DNA of 63,695 nt, filler included, from Collodictyon triciliatum (taxonomy: Eukaryota), in the NCBI GenBank assembly GCA_043381765.1. It is 6 parts of 6 records of this genome, joined end to end, with 100 filler letters (N's around TTAATTAATTAA, not from the genome) between each part and the next. Parts side by side here need not be neighbours in the genome. Positions count along the whole stretch, not along the records: positions 28,180 to 40,780 come from JBHJMP010000401.1; positions 40,881 to 46,573 come from JBHJMP010000403.1; 4 more parts are not named here. One strand, given 5' to 3'. Position numbers and translations under genes: made by a program. Under the pieces are notes generated by a model. That model was given only the letters and a program-made list of their open reading frames with translations. It did no database searches and was not told the DNA's origin. Positions 32,585 through 45,032 of this stretch are shown here, in pieces; position 1 is the stretch's first letter, and each line of letters opens with the position of its first letter.

Positions 32585-35500
32585 ATGAACCGGCCGATCG
32601 CTTCTCTCCCAATAGCTCCAGGTCTTCGAGCGAAGCTTACCCATGCTGGATTTCGCATATGGAGAGATATCTCCTCTATGAGTGCTGCAGAATTGGCAAA
32701 GGGTATGCGTCCTGTTTCCGTTCGAACAATGACGCTTAAAAAAATGAAAAATGAAAAATGAAAAATGAAAAATGAAAAAAGAAAAATGAAAAAAGAAAAN
32801 NNNNNNNNNNNNNNNNNNNNNNNNNNNNNNNNNNNNNNNNNNNNNNNNNNNNNNNNNNAAAAAAGAAAAAAGAAAACAAGAGAAAAATAAAAATTAAGCA
32901 TACTTGTTAACAAGGCTTGATATGGCTTTTTCCTCGGATGGTTGTATAACGGGTCTACATATTAACAAATAGCCCAACTTCAAACACACCCATACATCGG
33001 TAGTACATATATATGAAATGATATGCAAAAGCAACTGGTATGAGGCACAACTTTCTTTTGTCTAATTGCTTTCTTGCTGATGCCTTACTTATTCGCAACG
33101 AACGGCGACTCAAGAATCACTTTGGCACGACCACCGGCCTGGGGCTTGTTTTGTGTGGGTTGAGTGCTCATCCTGGGTGCGTCGAACTAGACAACAAGGG
33201 ATCGTGGTTGTGTTTTATGCTGATTGATGTGTCGCGCAATTAAACAGACAATTAAACAGGCAATAAAACAGACAATAAAACAGACAATAAAACAGACAAT
33301 AAAACAGACAATAAAACAGACAATAAAACAGACAATAAAACAGACAATAAAACAGACAATAAAACAGACAATAAAACAGACNNNNNNNNNNNNNNNNNNN
33401 NNNNNNNNNNNNNNNNNNNNNNNNNNNNNNNNNNNNNNNNNNNNNNNNNNNNNNNNNNNNNNNNNNNNNNNNNNNNNNNNNAAAAAAAAGAAAAAAGAAA
33501 AAAGAAAAAAGAAAAAAGAAAAAAGAAAAAAGAAAAAAGAAAAAAGAAAAAAGAAAAAAGAAAAAAGAAAAAAGAAAAAAAGAAAGAAGACTCTAAATAT
33601 GATGACTGCCGGGCTTTTTTTCTCAGGTGTTGTGTGGTTGGGGTGGTTGTCACCTTTTCCTCTTCTTTTTTCCTGCTTACAGTAAGGAAAATAATGATAT
33701 CACACCTCAAAGCATGATTCCTTTTAACTTCGTTACGATGAACAAAGCATTATTATTTTCGCGCTCTTTCTTCAGAAAAAAAAGTATCATTATCTTTCAT
33801 TCCGATGCATCAGTTTCTTCTTCATTCCGACAAGAAATAAGCCCGAAAATATCACATTTCTACAACGTTGTTTATTAAAGAACCGGCCAAATGATTCGCA
33901 TGCAGAAATCGGAGTGCCTCCAGAAGAAGCTGTCAGCATCATACGGTCCGGAAAAGACGCAGATGGTGCACCCAAAAATATAACTGCAGGTATATAATTT
34001 CAATGGTAGAAAATGCAGTGAGACTTGCATATCCGAATTTCAATGATTTAGAGTAGAATATTGGCACCTAATTCAAGGTGTAATAAAAATGTGCTCAAAC
34101 CATTCACAAATATTCACTTAAAAACATAAAGGATTATAATAATCTTCATAAAATCCTTCCTTCCCTTGAATCGAATCATAATCATAATCATAATCATAAT
34201 CATAATCATAATCATAATCATAATCATAATCATAATCATAATCATAATCATAATCATAATCATAATCATAATCATAATCATAATCATAATCATANNNNNN
34301 NNNNNNNNNNNNNNNNNNNNNNNNNNNNNNNNNNNNNNNNNNNNNNNNNNNNNNNNNNNNNNNNNNNNNNNNNNNNNNNNNNNNNNNNNNNNNNTCATAA
34401 TCATAATCATAATCATAATCATAATCATAATCATAATCATAATCATAATCATAATCATAATCATAATCATAATCATAATCATAATCATAATCATAATCAT
34501 AATCATAATCATAATAATTATAATTATAATCTACACCCATTTTACCGTAATTTGGTCTATAAAATCCAATACCGGCAACTAAATTATATCTTTCAAATGA
34601 CAAGGAAAATCAGCGTTGGAGTTGTTAAAGAAAGAGCGTGCCATGGTACCCATTACGACATCGTCTGATCTACTTGATATGATACTTGGTGGTGGAGTGG
34701 CGATGAATAAAATTACAGAGTTTTGTAAGTTTCAAACTTTATGAATAAATGGTAGACTCATGATTAGCTCACAGTTTGAACGCGACACCATACTTTATAT
34801 ATCATTATTTTTTAGTCTCTCCCCAACCACGGCTGGATGTAAACAACGATTTAACTGTGCATAGGTGGTGTTCCTGGGATCGGAAAAACACAACTTGGGT
34901 GAGAAATGGATTATTTCGTTAGACTGGAATTTTTGTAACATGACTATTACCAACTAACTGTATATGCTAAAGCAATTAATTGCGTGTACCATAGAATTCA
35001 GTTGGCACTAAATGTACAAATACCGAATGAACTTGGAGGAGCGCAAGGGGAGTGTATTTACATAGGTCTCAACTTAAATATGACACAACTTTAATAATTT
35101 TCGAGGTTATTTTCACATTTTACGGCGATATATAGGGATATACGCCCGACTTAGTTATAATTCAATATAATTTGAATCAATTGAAACAGACACAGAAGGA
35201 AGCTTTATCCCAGACCGAGTTTATGAAATGGCGTCGCATTACATACTTTGCATGAAGAAAAGAAGAGATTTACATAGGAAGTCACCCCAATCAGGTTCAT
35301 ATATCACCTCTAGTGCGTTTTCTTTCTCGGTATTACCATGAAATCGACCTCGTTTACTTTATTTTACAGAATGGATTAAACAATCTAGATGCATCAGAAC
35401 ACTATTGTCAAATATCAAACGAAGAAGGTTCAAAGCCGGAGCAAATTCTCTCAAAGATTCATTACTACAGAGTTAAAAATATGGCAGAACAGACTTCATT

Positions 35501-36436
35501 AAATTGGGTGCTACCACAGTTTCTTTCACAACACCCACAGGTTCATAATTCAGATTCCGGTCGCAACAAATGAAAATATAACTGCACGAAAAAAAAATCA
35601 ATGCTTGTCTCTTGATGGTTAAAAAGCAATCCTTATATTTATTACAGTTATTCATTTGGTTGATTCTTCCAGTAATTCCTTCTTTTCTTCTACGACCTCA
35701 GGTTCGCCTGATAATTTTGGATTCGATTACATTCCACTTCCGACACGATTTCGAAGATATGGGACAAAGAAGCAGACTTCTGCAAACAACAGCACAGAGC
35801 TATCTTAGTATGGCCGAGAAATTCAATCTTGCGGTACGTCGATTTCTTTACCCTTACATAGGATTATCCATGTGAGATTTTACAAAAACAATTGAAATTA
35901 TAATTTCAGATGAAGCTGTAATAAAAAAGTAATTCAAAGGTTGTTATGATGAATCAAGCTACCACTAAAATCGACAGTGATGAAGATGCTCACCTTACAC
36001 CCGCTCTTGGTAGGATTGAATACGGAGGATTTGTCTATCCACTTTTTTTTGCCTTTGACTCGAATAAAGGAAAAAATCTATCCACTTTTTGTTGGCCAAT
36101 TTTTTAATTGAAGAACCAAAATTATGCGAAAAAAAAGGAGAAAGTTGGGGACACACATGTACTCACAGAGTGATTCTGTACTGGGGTAAAGGACAACGCC
36201 AGGCTTACTTATCCAAATCACCATCTCTTCCACCGCAATCTGTGTCATACCAGGTTATAAGCATTATAAACATAGAGGCTACAGACCGTTGTTTATCTTC
36301 TATGGTTTTTATTTTTATTTTTTATTGTCACATGATTAAAATATAATTTTACCGAACTTAGATTTCAGAAAAAGGTATTTGTGATATTAGCGCGCCAGAT
36401 TCACAAGAAGCGCACGCAAAGAAACTTCGACCATAG
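32585..36436 (+). CDS. RAD51C: RAD51 paralogue C
   Basis: Motifs [25 protein letters not shown] (Walker A), [52 protein letters not shown] and [17 protein letters not shown]. Stop is TAG. Confidence 0.93.
34174..34512. repeat. (AATCAT)n microsatellite spanning a gap
   Basis: Direct observation. The complementary-type (TTATCA)n tract is at 27971-28079. Confidence 0.95.
36034..36090 (+). mobile_element. Micro-insertion of LINE B 3' tip with 14-bp TSD (RAD51C intron)
   Basis: TCTATCCACTTTTT is duplicated around ..CTTTGACTCGAATAAAGG-(A)6. Confidence 0.8.
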
Positions 36437-36451
36437 AGTCCATGTGTAATC

Positions 36452-38183
36452 TTAATCGAAGTTGACTGCAAACCACAATGGATGAATGAATATAAAATCG
36501 CATAGCCCACTATTATAATTACAAGCTATACACCAAAACAATTTCTTCATCATGGATTGATTTATATATTCAGTTAAGGCCGCCACAGATGGGAATTCTA
36601 GGCTGGCATATTCTTTGATTTTCCTTGAGAGTATCTCCATCATTATCTAGAATGGATGTGATCTCTTTTGAATCAGGTGATTCCATCCATTAGATGTGGC
36701 TGTTAAACATGCCGGGGATATCTGGCGTGTGAACAGCAACGAATACACTGAGCAGTTTCCCTTCTATAAGTGTAATATCTCTGTAGAAAAAAGTACTGAT
36801 GTGCTCGCACTTTCCAATCAAACAACGGAATCTGCTTGTTATCTGAATGCAGACTGGATTTAAATATTCAATTTTCCCCCCTTTTGTTCGATTCAAAGGA
36901 ATCTGGATATTCATTTAATAGACTTTCTCACATTTTCCAAAATATTGTCTTGTGTACCACTGTTACAACAATAACAACACCAACAAATACAACTATAATA
37001 ACAGTATCAAAAATATTGGCAAAACAAGTGGCAAACCACTATAAAGTAAAAGAATTTAAAGTTACGAAATCATCTCCAGGCTCTGCCAATCGAGCCATTT
37101 TGATGTTTGCGGCGACCACATAATTTAGTTTGATATTCGTGAGTGATTCAATTAGAATATGTAAATTGATGTAAAAAAAAAAAGCAGAGAAAGAAGAGAC
37201 TTCAGTATTATATCGAACCAGGTTCTCCGTGGCAATCATAAATGAACCGATGATTCCCTATGAAGTCGGCATTGCCACATGAGGTTATCATAGAAGTACA
37301 AACAAAGAAACAAAGAAACAAAGAAACAAAGAAACAAAGAAACAAAAATATTCAATTACAAAAACCTATTAAACCAAAAACAGTTAATCCATAATCAACC
37401 GAAATGCTAAACTTTAGTCCTTCATATTCCCTAGTCTTGCTGAGGCAGACCATCACTCACTTTACCTGACCATTTCCATTACACCAGTCCGTTAACTATG
37501 ATATTAAATACATGTTATAGCTGATTATTATTATTATTATTAATGATTTTCGTTTGCCTTACCCGAAAAGAAAACTCATGACATCTCTCTGAAATGTGTG
37601 TAGCGTCTGATTTGGAAAATTCTTTTTCTCTTGGGATAACCTACGTTTTGTGAAATAATTGTTTGCATAAGAACCAAAGCCAACATCTCCACCATCCTGC
37701 ACAAAATTGAAAGGAAGAATAAAAAAAATAAATTATTTGCATAAGAATTAATGGGAAAAAACAGTGAATATTCTATTGGATTGCATAATGGATATATTAA
37801 TAGGAAAGCAAATACATACAATTGCAAAACTACTCGATAACTTGATATCATCCATCCCGAAAGAATCCGATATGGTTTCAATTATTTTCACAATATCTAG
37901 TAAGCTTTATTAAGTACCTCTTTGGATGGGATTCACACAAATATGATTTTATTCGTAACATCGTGAAGAAAACATATTGAATTTTATAATAAATCTACAC
38001 ACCTGAAATCATATCGAAATGTTTTCTTTCTGTAGACAAACAACCTTAATGAAAAGAACATTTGAGCAATGCCATTACAACACAGGTTTCAGAAATTGTT
38101 TGGCTTGAAGAGTGTTTAATTCTTTTGAGTTGCAGAATAGGTCATCGTTAGCACTGACAACAAAGCTTCTTCATTCTTTTCAT
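36452..38183 (-). CDS. Unidentified small multi-exon protein
   Basis: A chain of phase-compatible GT-AG exons gives ..STERKHFDMISDIVKIIETISDSFG..SFAIVIPREKEF..FSFRLTDWCNGNGQGIIGSFMIATENL.. No recognisable domain, and both ends are uncertain. Confidence 0.4.
37657..37747 (+). mobile_element. LINE A 3'-UTR micro-insertion (intron of unknown gene)
   Basis: CCAAAGCCAACATCTCCACCATCCTGCACAAAATTGAAAGGAAGAAT(A)n between AATT(G/A)TTTGCATAAGAA repeats (17 bp). Confidence 0.88.
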
Positions 38184-38551
38184 TTTGTTCTACCACGTCG
38201 CCTACACCCTAAGAAACATCAACAAGCAACACAAATCTCAAATGTATGGATAGTTGAATCAAAATGTGTCCGTTATGTCACTGTTCTGTACGTATTTTTT
38301 GAAGTTCGATTCCATATATACATAATAAATACCTTCTTCATTTGCTTCCTGTCCACGTATTCTTTCCGACAAGAGAAATCCTGAGAATAAGTAAAAATAG
38401 AAAGCAATAAAAATGGCACAATATACAAGATTATGCTGCCCCACATAACCTGTCATGGGGCAACCCTATCATTTTAATATCACTTAGCTAAGAGCGCGGG
38501 CTGAGAGGCAGTAATTGAGCAATTCATGACATTTATTATCCAAAGATGATA

Positions 38552-40780
38552 TTTTTTTTTCCTTTATTCGATTCAAAGTGTAGCGAGGTTATGCCATACA
38601 AAGGGGCGGGATGGGAGCGCATGGGAGAGAGCAAACGCGAGCAGGAGAAGACACTACCGTGGAGAGGGTAGCACTGGAAAGAAGTCAGTGATAGCGAGTT
38701 GGTCAGGTGGGCGTCCCAACTGGTTGATTGGATGCGTGGGTAGCAGTGGTTGGATGTGCTGTGGAAGATATCGCACGACACATTCCCACATCTCTCTTTG
38801 CTTGCGGTCAGAGTAGCGAAGAATGCGGGCGTGTTCCAGCAGGCTGTTCAGGAAGCTGTATTGCCCGAGGCTTTCAAGCCTGGATACATTGATTTCTCGT
38901 TCGGGTGAATCATTAGAGCGAGTGAATGCACGCACACTCCATAAGGACCACTGCATATGTCCCCTTGTGACTGCCCAGAGCATTCTAGAGTCGTGGGTCA
39001 TTTGGTAATGTGCGCCAAACAGGATGTCAGACGCGCTGAGTCGGCTGGGAGCATAATCAAGCTCAGAGAGCATCTTGTCGGTAGATTCTGTCACTTTTTG
39101 AGCAAGAGAGCACTTCACAAATGTGTGTTCGATAGAGTCATCTCCACTATGGCACATGGTGCATTCTGGAGAGGTCGTTGCTGCATGGACTACGCGCGCA
39201 CCTATCCACAGCTCTCTGTTGGAGATATTGAGAAGTAGGGCGCGGTGCTTCGGGAGTAGCTGAGGTATACGGGCTTGCTTCCAGCTTTTGACTATCGGCG
39301 GGTCTATAATGCCTATAGTTTCGGCCCAACGACTCATTTTCTCCGGTTTGTAGGGATTTGGACTGATGATTTTATATCGAAACAGCTTGGAGTACGCCAT
39401 GGCCATCGAGAATTGCGGAGAGTCAGGTGTAATGGACCGCCTTTGGTTCTTCAGGTGAAAGAAAAATGGCGACGGCGCTCCGTATGAGATGGGACGACGT
39501 GAGCGCCATTCTCCTTTGTTGTTCAGGACGGCTGTGGTTGGGGTTGCATTCGTAGAGTGGAATATCGTTGCATTTTTCGGCGGTGTGAAGCTCCCATCCT
39601 TTTGGAATGTGACTTGTTGCAGGATTAAGGAGCTGTTTCCTTCTCTCGACTTGATGATACAGAAGCCTTTTGCTCTATCCCAGCAAAGCTGGCCTGTAAC
39701 AGCATGCAGTTGGGTAGAATCGCACATTTCACAGTTTTCATACAGAATCTTCCACCGCGCTAGTAGCGGTTCGGGCGTGTTCGGTGGTGGTGATGGGATT
39801 CTGCTCTCACAGAGCTGTGCCTTGAAGTTCGGGCATATGAGATGGATGAGATGCCACATTCCACGCTGCCAGAATCCTTTCGGATGGGTAAGCATATCTG
39901 TCCACCATCTCATCGTGAGCGATGCCTATGAAATGCCAGGCGTTATGAGTCCCAGTCCTCCCTCCGTAGGTGGCTTGGAGAGCGTCTTGATTTTATATTT
40001 TTGATTATTCGTAGTGATGAAGTTGCGACTGATATCTTCCAGCTCCTTCAGCCTTTGGGGATTCAGCAAAGTGCCTTTCATGTTGTAGATAAGGGTCGAC
40101 AACATCACTTGGTTCCACAGCCTTACTTTTCCCACACCCAAGAGATGACAGTTGCTCCACACTGATATTTTCGATTCGATGTCCTCAACCAGACTTGTCC
40201 ATTTGTTATCCGATTGTGGACCGAATATGATACCAAGATACTTGAGTGGATGTGACAGTGGCTTCCACACAATGTTTCCTGGAAACACAAGTCCATCCTG
40301 AAACCCAAAATGAATTCCATCTGTCTTGTCGTAGTTGATTTTCCCGCCGACAGCTCGTGTGTATTCTTGCATGCATTTGTTGGCGAGTGTGGCGCCTTCG
40401 GGAGACCGTATGATGAATGCTGTGTTGTCTGCATATTGAAGTAGCAGTTGGTTGCGCACCTTGTTTTGGTTTCGAAAGTGCTTTGCAAGGCAGTCAGCGA
40501 CAAAGTTGAAGAGCAGTGGCACAAGTGGGCAGCCTTGATACACCCCGCTCTGTCTTTGAATTGCATCCGTAGGTCCGTGTGCCGTGAGTACCCTCGCTGT
40601 TGCATTGTCTTGCAGTTTCTTGATAAGACTGGTGAATCCGGTACAGAAGCCTCTTTTCCGTAGGATGGTTTCCAGTGCTTCGTGGTTCACATAGTCGTAT
40701 GCTTTCTCCAGGTCGTAGAAAATCATAGCGTTGGGTGTCCCGCTTACTTGATATTCCATGTACTCTTTGTTGACAACCCA
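38552..40780 (-). mobile_element. Non-LTR retrotransposon (L1/Tx1-like LINE family B), inactivated ORF2 (RT plus zf-RVT), 3' UTR and poly(A); 5' part lost at contig break
   Basis: RT motifs YDLEKAYDYVNH, GVYQGCPLVPLLF, QYADN (catalytic YADD altered), KINYDKT, KYLG and EGGLGL. CCHC motif CTMCHSGDDSIEHTFVKC. There is an in-frame TAG at 39926-39928. The element ends GAATCGAATAAAGG(A)9. Confidence 0.93.
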
Positions 40781-40913
40781 NNNNNNNNNNNNNNNNNNNN
40801 NNNNNNNNNNNNNNNNNNNNNNNNTTAATTAATTAANNNNNNNNNNNNNNNNNNNNNNNNNNNNNNNNNNNNNNNNNNNNATAATAATGATAATAATAAT
40901 GATAATAATAATG

Positions 40914-40960
<47 letters not shown>

Positions 40961-40963
40961 AAT

Positions 40964-40995
<32 letters not shown>

Positions 40996-41128
40996 ACAAA
41001 ACAAAACAAAACAAAACAAAACAAAACAAAACAAAACAAAAAGGAATAAAAAGGAATAAGTAAATGGTAAAATTCACCTTAAGAGTATTAAAAGTCTAAC
41101 AATTCACAACGCGTCGAAAAGGTTGATC

Positions 41129-42540
41129 ATGAGCTCACGGGAGAAAACGTTGGAGGAGGTGTTGGGATTGAATACTGTCAATCAAGTCCAGCCTTTGGAA
41201 GACTACACAAGGTTAGAGATACACGGCAGGAACCTCACACACTTTCCTGAGAGAATCTGTAGTCTCACAAAACTGGTTGAGCTTGCCTTGACGCAAAACA
41301 AATTCTCGGCCATCTCACGGAATATATCAAGGCTCACAAGAATTCAAAAGTTAAACTTATCAAACAATCAGATGTCAACCATACCTGCTGAAATATCGCT
41401 ACTAAGTCATTTAACCAGACTCAGCATTTCGGGCAACAATATATCCCTGCTTCCTCTGGAGCTTTTTAACTTAGTCCGGTTGGCCGACATAAGCGCAGTG
41501 TTGATTCAACTTACCTCCTTACCCAACCTGATTTCAAAGATGCAGCTCTTGTCACGTCTGAATTTATCCAATAATTGCATCCAATCATTGCCCAAAGAAA
41601 TATCACATTTGGTTCGCTTGGAGGAGCTCGACATATCGGAAAACCAACTCACTTCGATACCAATGGAGATGTCTTGTCTGATAAATCTCAAGGAACTTTT
41701 AATGTCTACAAATCAGATTCATTTCTTGCCGAAGGAAATATCGGTTCTTGTTAACCTCACATGGTTGAATATTCGAGATAATAGGCTAACGAATCTTCCA
41801 GATGGAATATCTGGATTGACGCAACTTCGAGATTTTATTTTATCAAATAATTTCATTTCACTCCTTCCCGTAGAGATATCTGGGTTAAAAAGCTTAAGAA
41901 GATTTGATGTGTCATCCAATCCTGTGGTTTTGTTAGGAGATGGAATACCAAGCCTCACACAATTAAAACAACTACTCATCAATAATACGCCTATTTCCTA
42001 TTTACCAGAAAATATTTCTTTTTTAACGCAATTAACTCTGCTTAACATATCCAATATTGGCCTGTCTGCTCTACCGAAATGGATATCAACACTCTCAGAA
42101 ATATTAACACTTGATGTTAGTGGCAACCCGGTAAGACAATGTCTCATGACATGATATTTTCCCTTCTTAGAAAAAAGTTACTAAAACTTTTCTTGCATTT
42201 TTTTTTTTTGCTTCCTTCATCGTTTTCTGTATAAATTTTCGAAAATACTACCATTCAGATGACAGAGTTGCATGCTGCGATAACGAATATGAAACAGCTA
42301 GACCAGCTACAAATCGAGCATCAAGGAATCGTTAATATCGTTAGAGCACCTTACAAATTGACTTGTCTTCCCTGTTGGGAAAATGCATTTATTCCATATG
42401 GCCAAAAAGAGCAGGGGATATCAGCATCTCTGAAGAAATTGCAGCTCTATGGCCCTGTAAGAAAATTCAACTAATTATTTACATACTTATGGAATATTCA
42501 TTTCTTTTGAAAAAAAAGGGGGTGTATTATCTATTTTGTT

Positions 42541-42636
<96 letters not shown>

Positions 42637-42836
42637 TATAAGGAAGATGAAATGATAAATTATGGGTGGAGTCCTTCTATAAGGGACCACAGCATTCTTC
42701 AGCTTAACTTTTCGGCGAGGAAAATATCTTCGTTACCAATGGAAGTGTTCTACTTTACACATTTACTAGAGCTATTCGTTTATGATAACTTGGTATCATT
42801 TTTCATTTAGAGAATTCCTCCTTGAATTTCTAGGTT

Positions 42837-42913
<77 letters not shown>

Positions 42914-44818
42914 TTAAAGACCCTTAATTGACATGCTTACCTTCTTTATTTTTATATTTAAAAAATGATTTAATAGATCGAAGAGCTTCCACCATGGATT
43001 ACAGTGCTTGACAATCTCAAAACCTTGCATATAGAAGATCCAAAATCATGGTTCCCTAAAAGAAAAATACAACTAGTCCCACATGGGTTGGCTAGAATGA
43101 AATGTTGGAATAAGTCGTGGAATGGAAAACTTAAGTTTTACAATTGGGTATCTGCTTTATTTCGCAAATATTTAATTAAATATATTGAATTAGTTGAGCT
43201 ATATTTCACTTTACGTACTATAGGAGGCAGATGCAATAAAGCATGATTGGTTACCTACCGAAAGCGAAATATTGAAGCGAAACTACTTGGATTTTTCAGG
43301 ATTAGGAATAAGACATGTTCCTATTGCAGTGAAGATGCTTGTAAACATGCGCTATCTGAATCTAAACGCTAATCAGGTGGTGTAAATATTGTTTTAATTC
43401 AACCATTATGTGTATTTTATTCTTACGAGGTATGCGCTAAACCAGTTAAGCGAGCTTCCTGCCTCCTTATGTATTCTGACATCGCTCGAGCATCTTCATG
43501 TCTCCAATAATGAGGTATGCCATCTTGCTTTTTTTTTTTTGGAATTATGTTCGTATATTTTTTCCTCTAACTTTAACTATTCGAATGTCTCATTTCATAC
43601 ATACATACATACATACATACATACATACATACATACATACATACATACATACATACATACATACATACATACATACATACATACATACATACATACNNNN
43701 NNNNNNNNNNNNNNNNNNNNNNNNNNNNNNNNNNNNNNNNNNNNNNNNNNNNNNNNNNNNNNNNNNNNNNNNNNNNNNNNNNNNNNNNNNNNNNNNATAC
43801 ATACATACATACATACATACATACATACATACATACATACATACATACATACATACATACATACATACATACATACATACATACATACATACATCTGTGC
43901 TTTCTAGTTCCTTTTTTTTTTTTTTTTTGTATCACAGCATTATCAACAAAAAAAATGTCAGATAACCAGCCTTCCTGAAGATATGATCGCCTTTCAAAAG
44001 CTTAAAACTTTTACGGCTAATACCAATAAAGTATGTTTCATACCATCCAAAAAAAATATCAACGAGTCAATAATTGACCCCTCACTTACACAAAATTAGA
44101 TTACTAGTATTCCAGAAGCTGTTTGTGGGATATTAACGATAGAATCGATTGATTTGTCACATAATCATGTAAGAGCTTTTTTTTTTTTTACTTTAAAAAA
44201 TGTGATGGAAATAACGGCTTCAAATTTTGACTGTAACCATATTACTAGATATCAAGCCTTCCTAATTTGCAGGAACTAAAAAATTTAAGTTCTCTATCAC
44301 TTGAGGATAATTACTTTTCAGAATCTGCACAATACTTTCTTGATTGTGTAGAGATATGCCGAAATGAAATTGATTGTTCCAGAAGGTCGATTCTTGAAAT
44401 ACCTGAGGAACTCATATTCTTACCAAAAAAGCCGAGGCTGAACATATCGAAAAATAGGGTGAAGCGTTCTTTTATTTTTTTCTCGTTTTTTTTTATTAAT
44501 GTAAAAAATGAAATAAAAAATAAGAAAATGTAGTATTATTATGGGTTTAAACTGTTCCGAACTCTTTTAGATTAAAAATCTGCCAGAATGCTTGTTTACG
44601 ATGACATGGATTGAAATATTAGATGTCTCAGATAATTTAATTGTTTAGTCCCATCATCAGTCCCGTTTTCTTCTCCTTTTTTCCTCGCAGAATGTACTGA
44701 TCGGTGTATCAGCATAATTCTTTTTACGCCGAAACATTCATCTATAATCAAAAGCAACAAATTTCGTCCGCAAGCTATCGAGTCGAAAGTTGAAGAAATC
44801 ATCAATAAAGCCTCATGA
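41129..44818 (+). CDS. Large leucine-rich repeat protein (23-aa typical LRRs)
   Basis: A 1-kb first exon carries about 13 LxxLxLSxNxLxxLPxEI repeats, followed by phase-0 GT-AG exons with more LRRs. The last exon is uncertain. Confidence 0.85.
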
Positions 44819-45032
44819 ACTATATATAAAAGAAAGAATATAATAAATTCGATGATAGCTCACTTTTTCTTTTTGAGAATATCTTACTTTTAAGGAAAGA
44901 GTGATATTCAATTTATTTCAAGAGAAAGGAGATATTAGGAAGATAAAAGGTTCACCATGGTTATGCATTGAATCGTATTCAAGGGACATTTTTGTTCCAT
45001 GCCCATGGTAACCTCCCGCCTTCAGTTAGCTT

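Noticed and set aside
36870-36900. Degenerate LINE B tip matches (also 3636-3655 and 57270-57292)
   Set aside because: They have mismatches and no convincing TSD. They may be old copies but were not counted.
39926-39928. In-frame TAG in LINE ORF2 as programmed readthrough or codon reassignment
   Set aside because: The same copy also has YADD changed to YADN, and host genes end in TAG, TAA and TGA with no internal stops. Decay is the simplest explanation.
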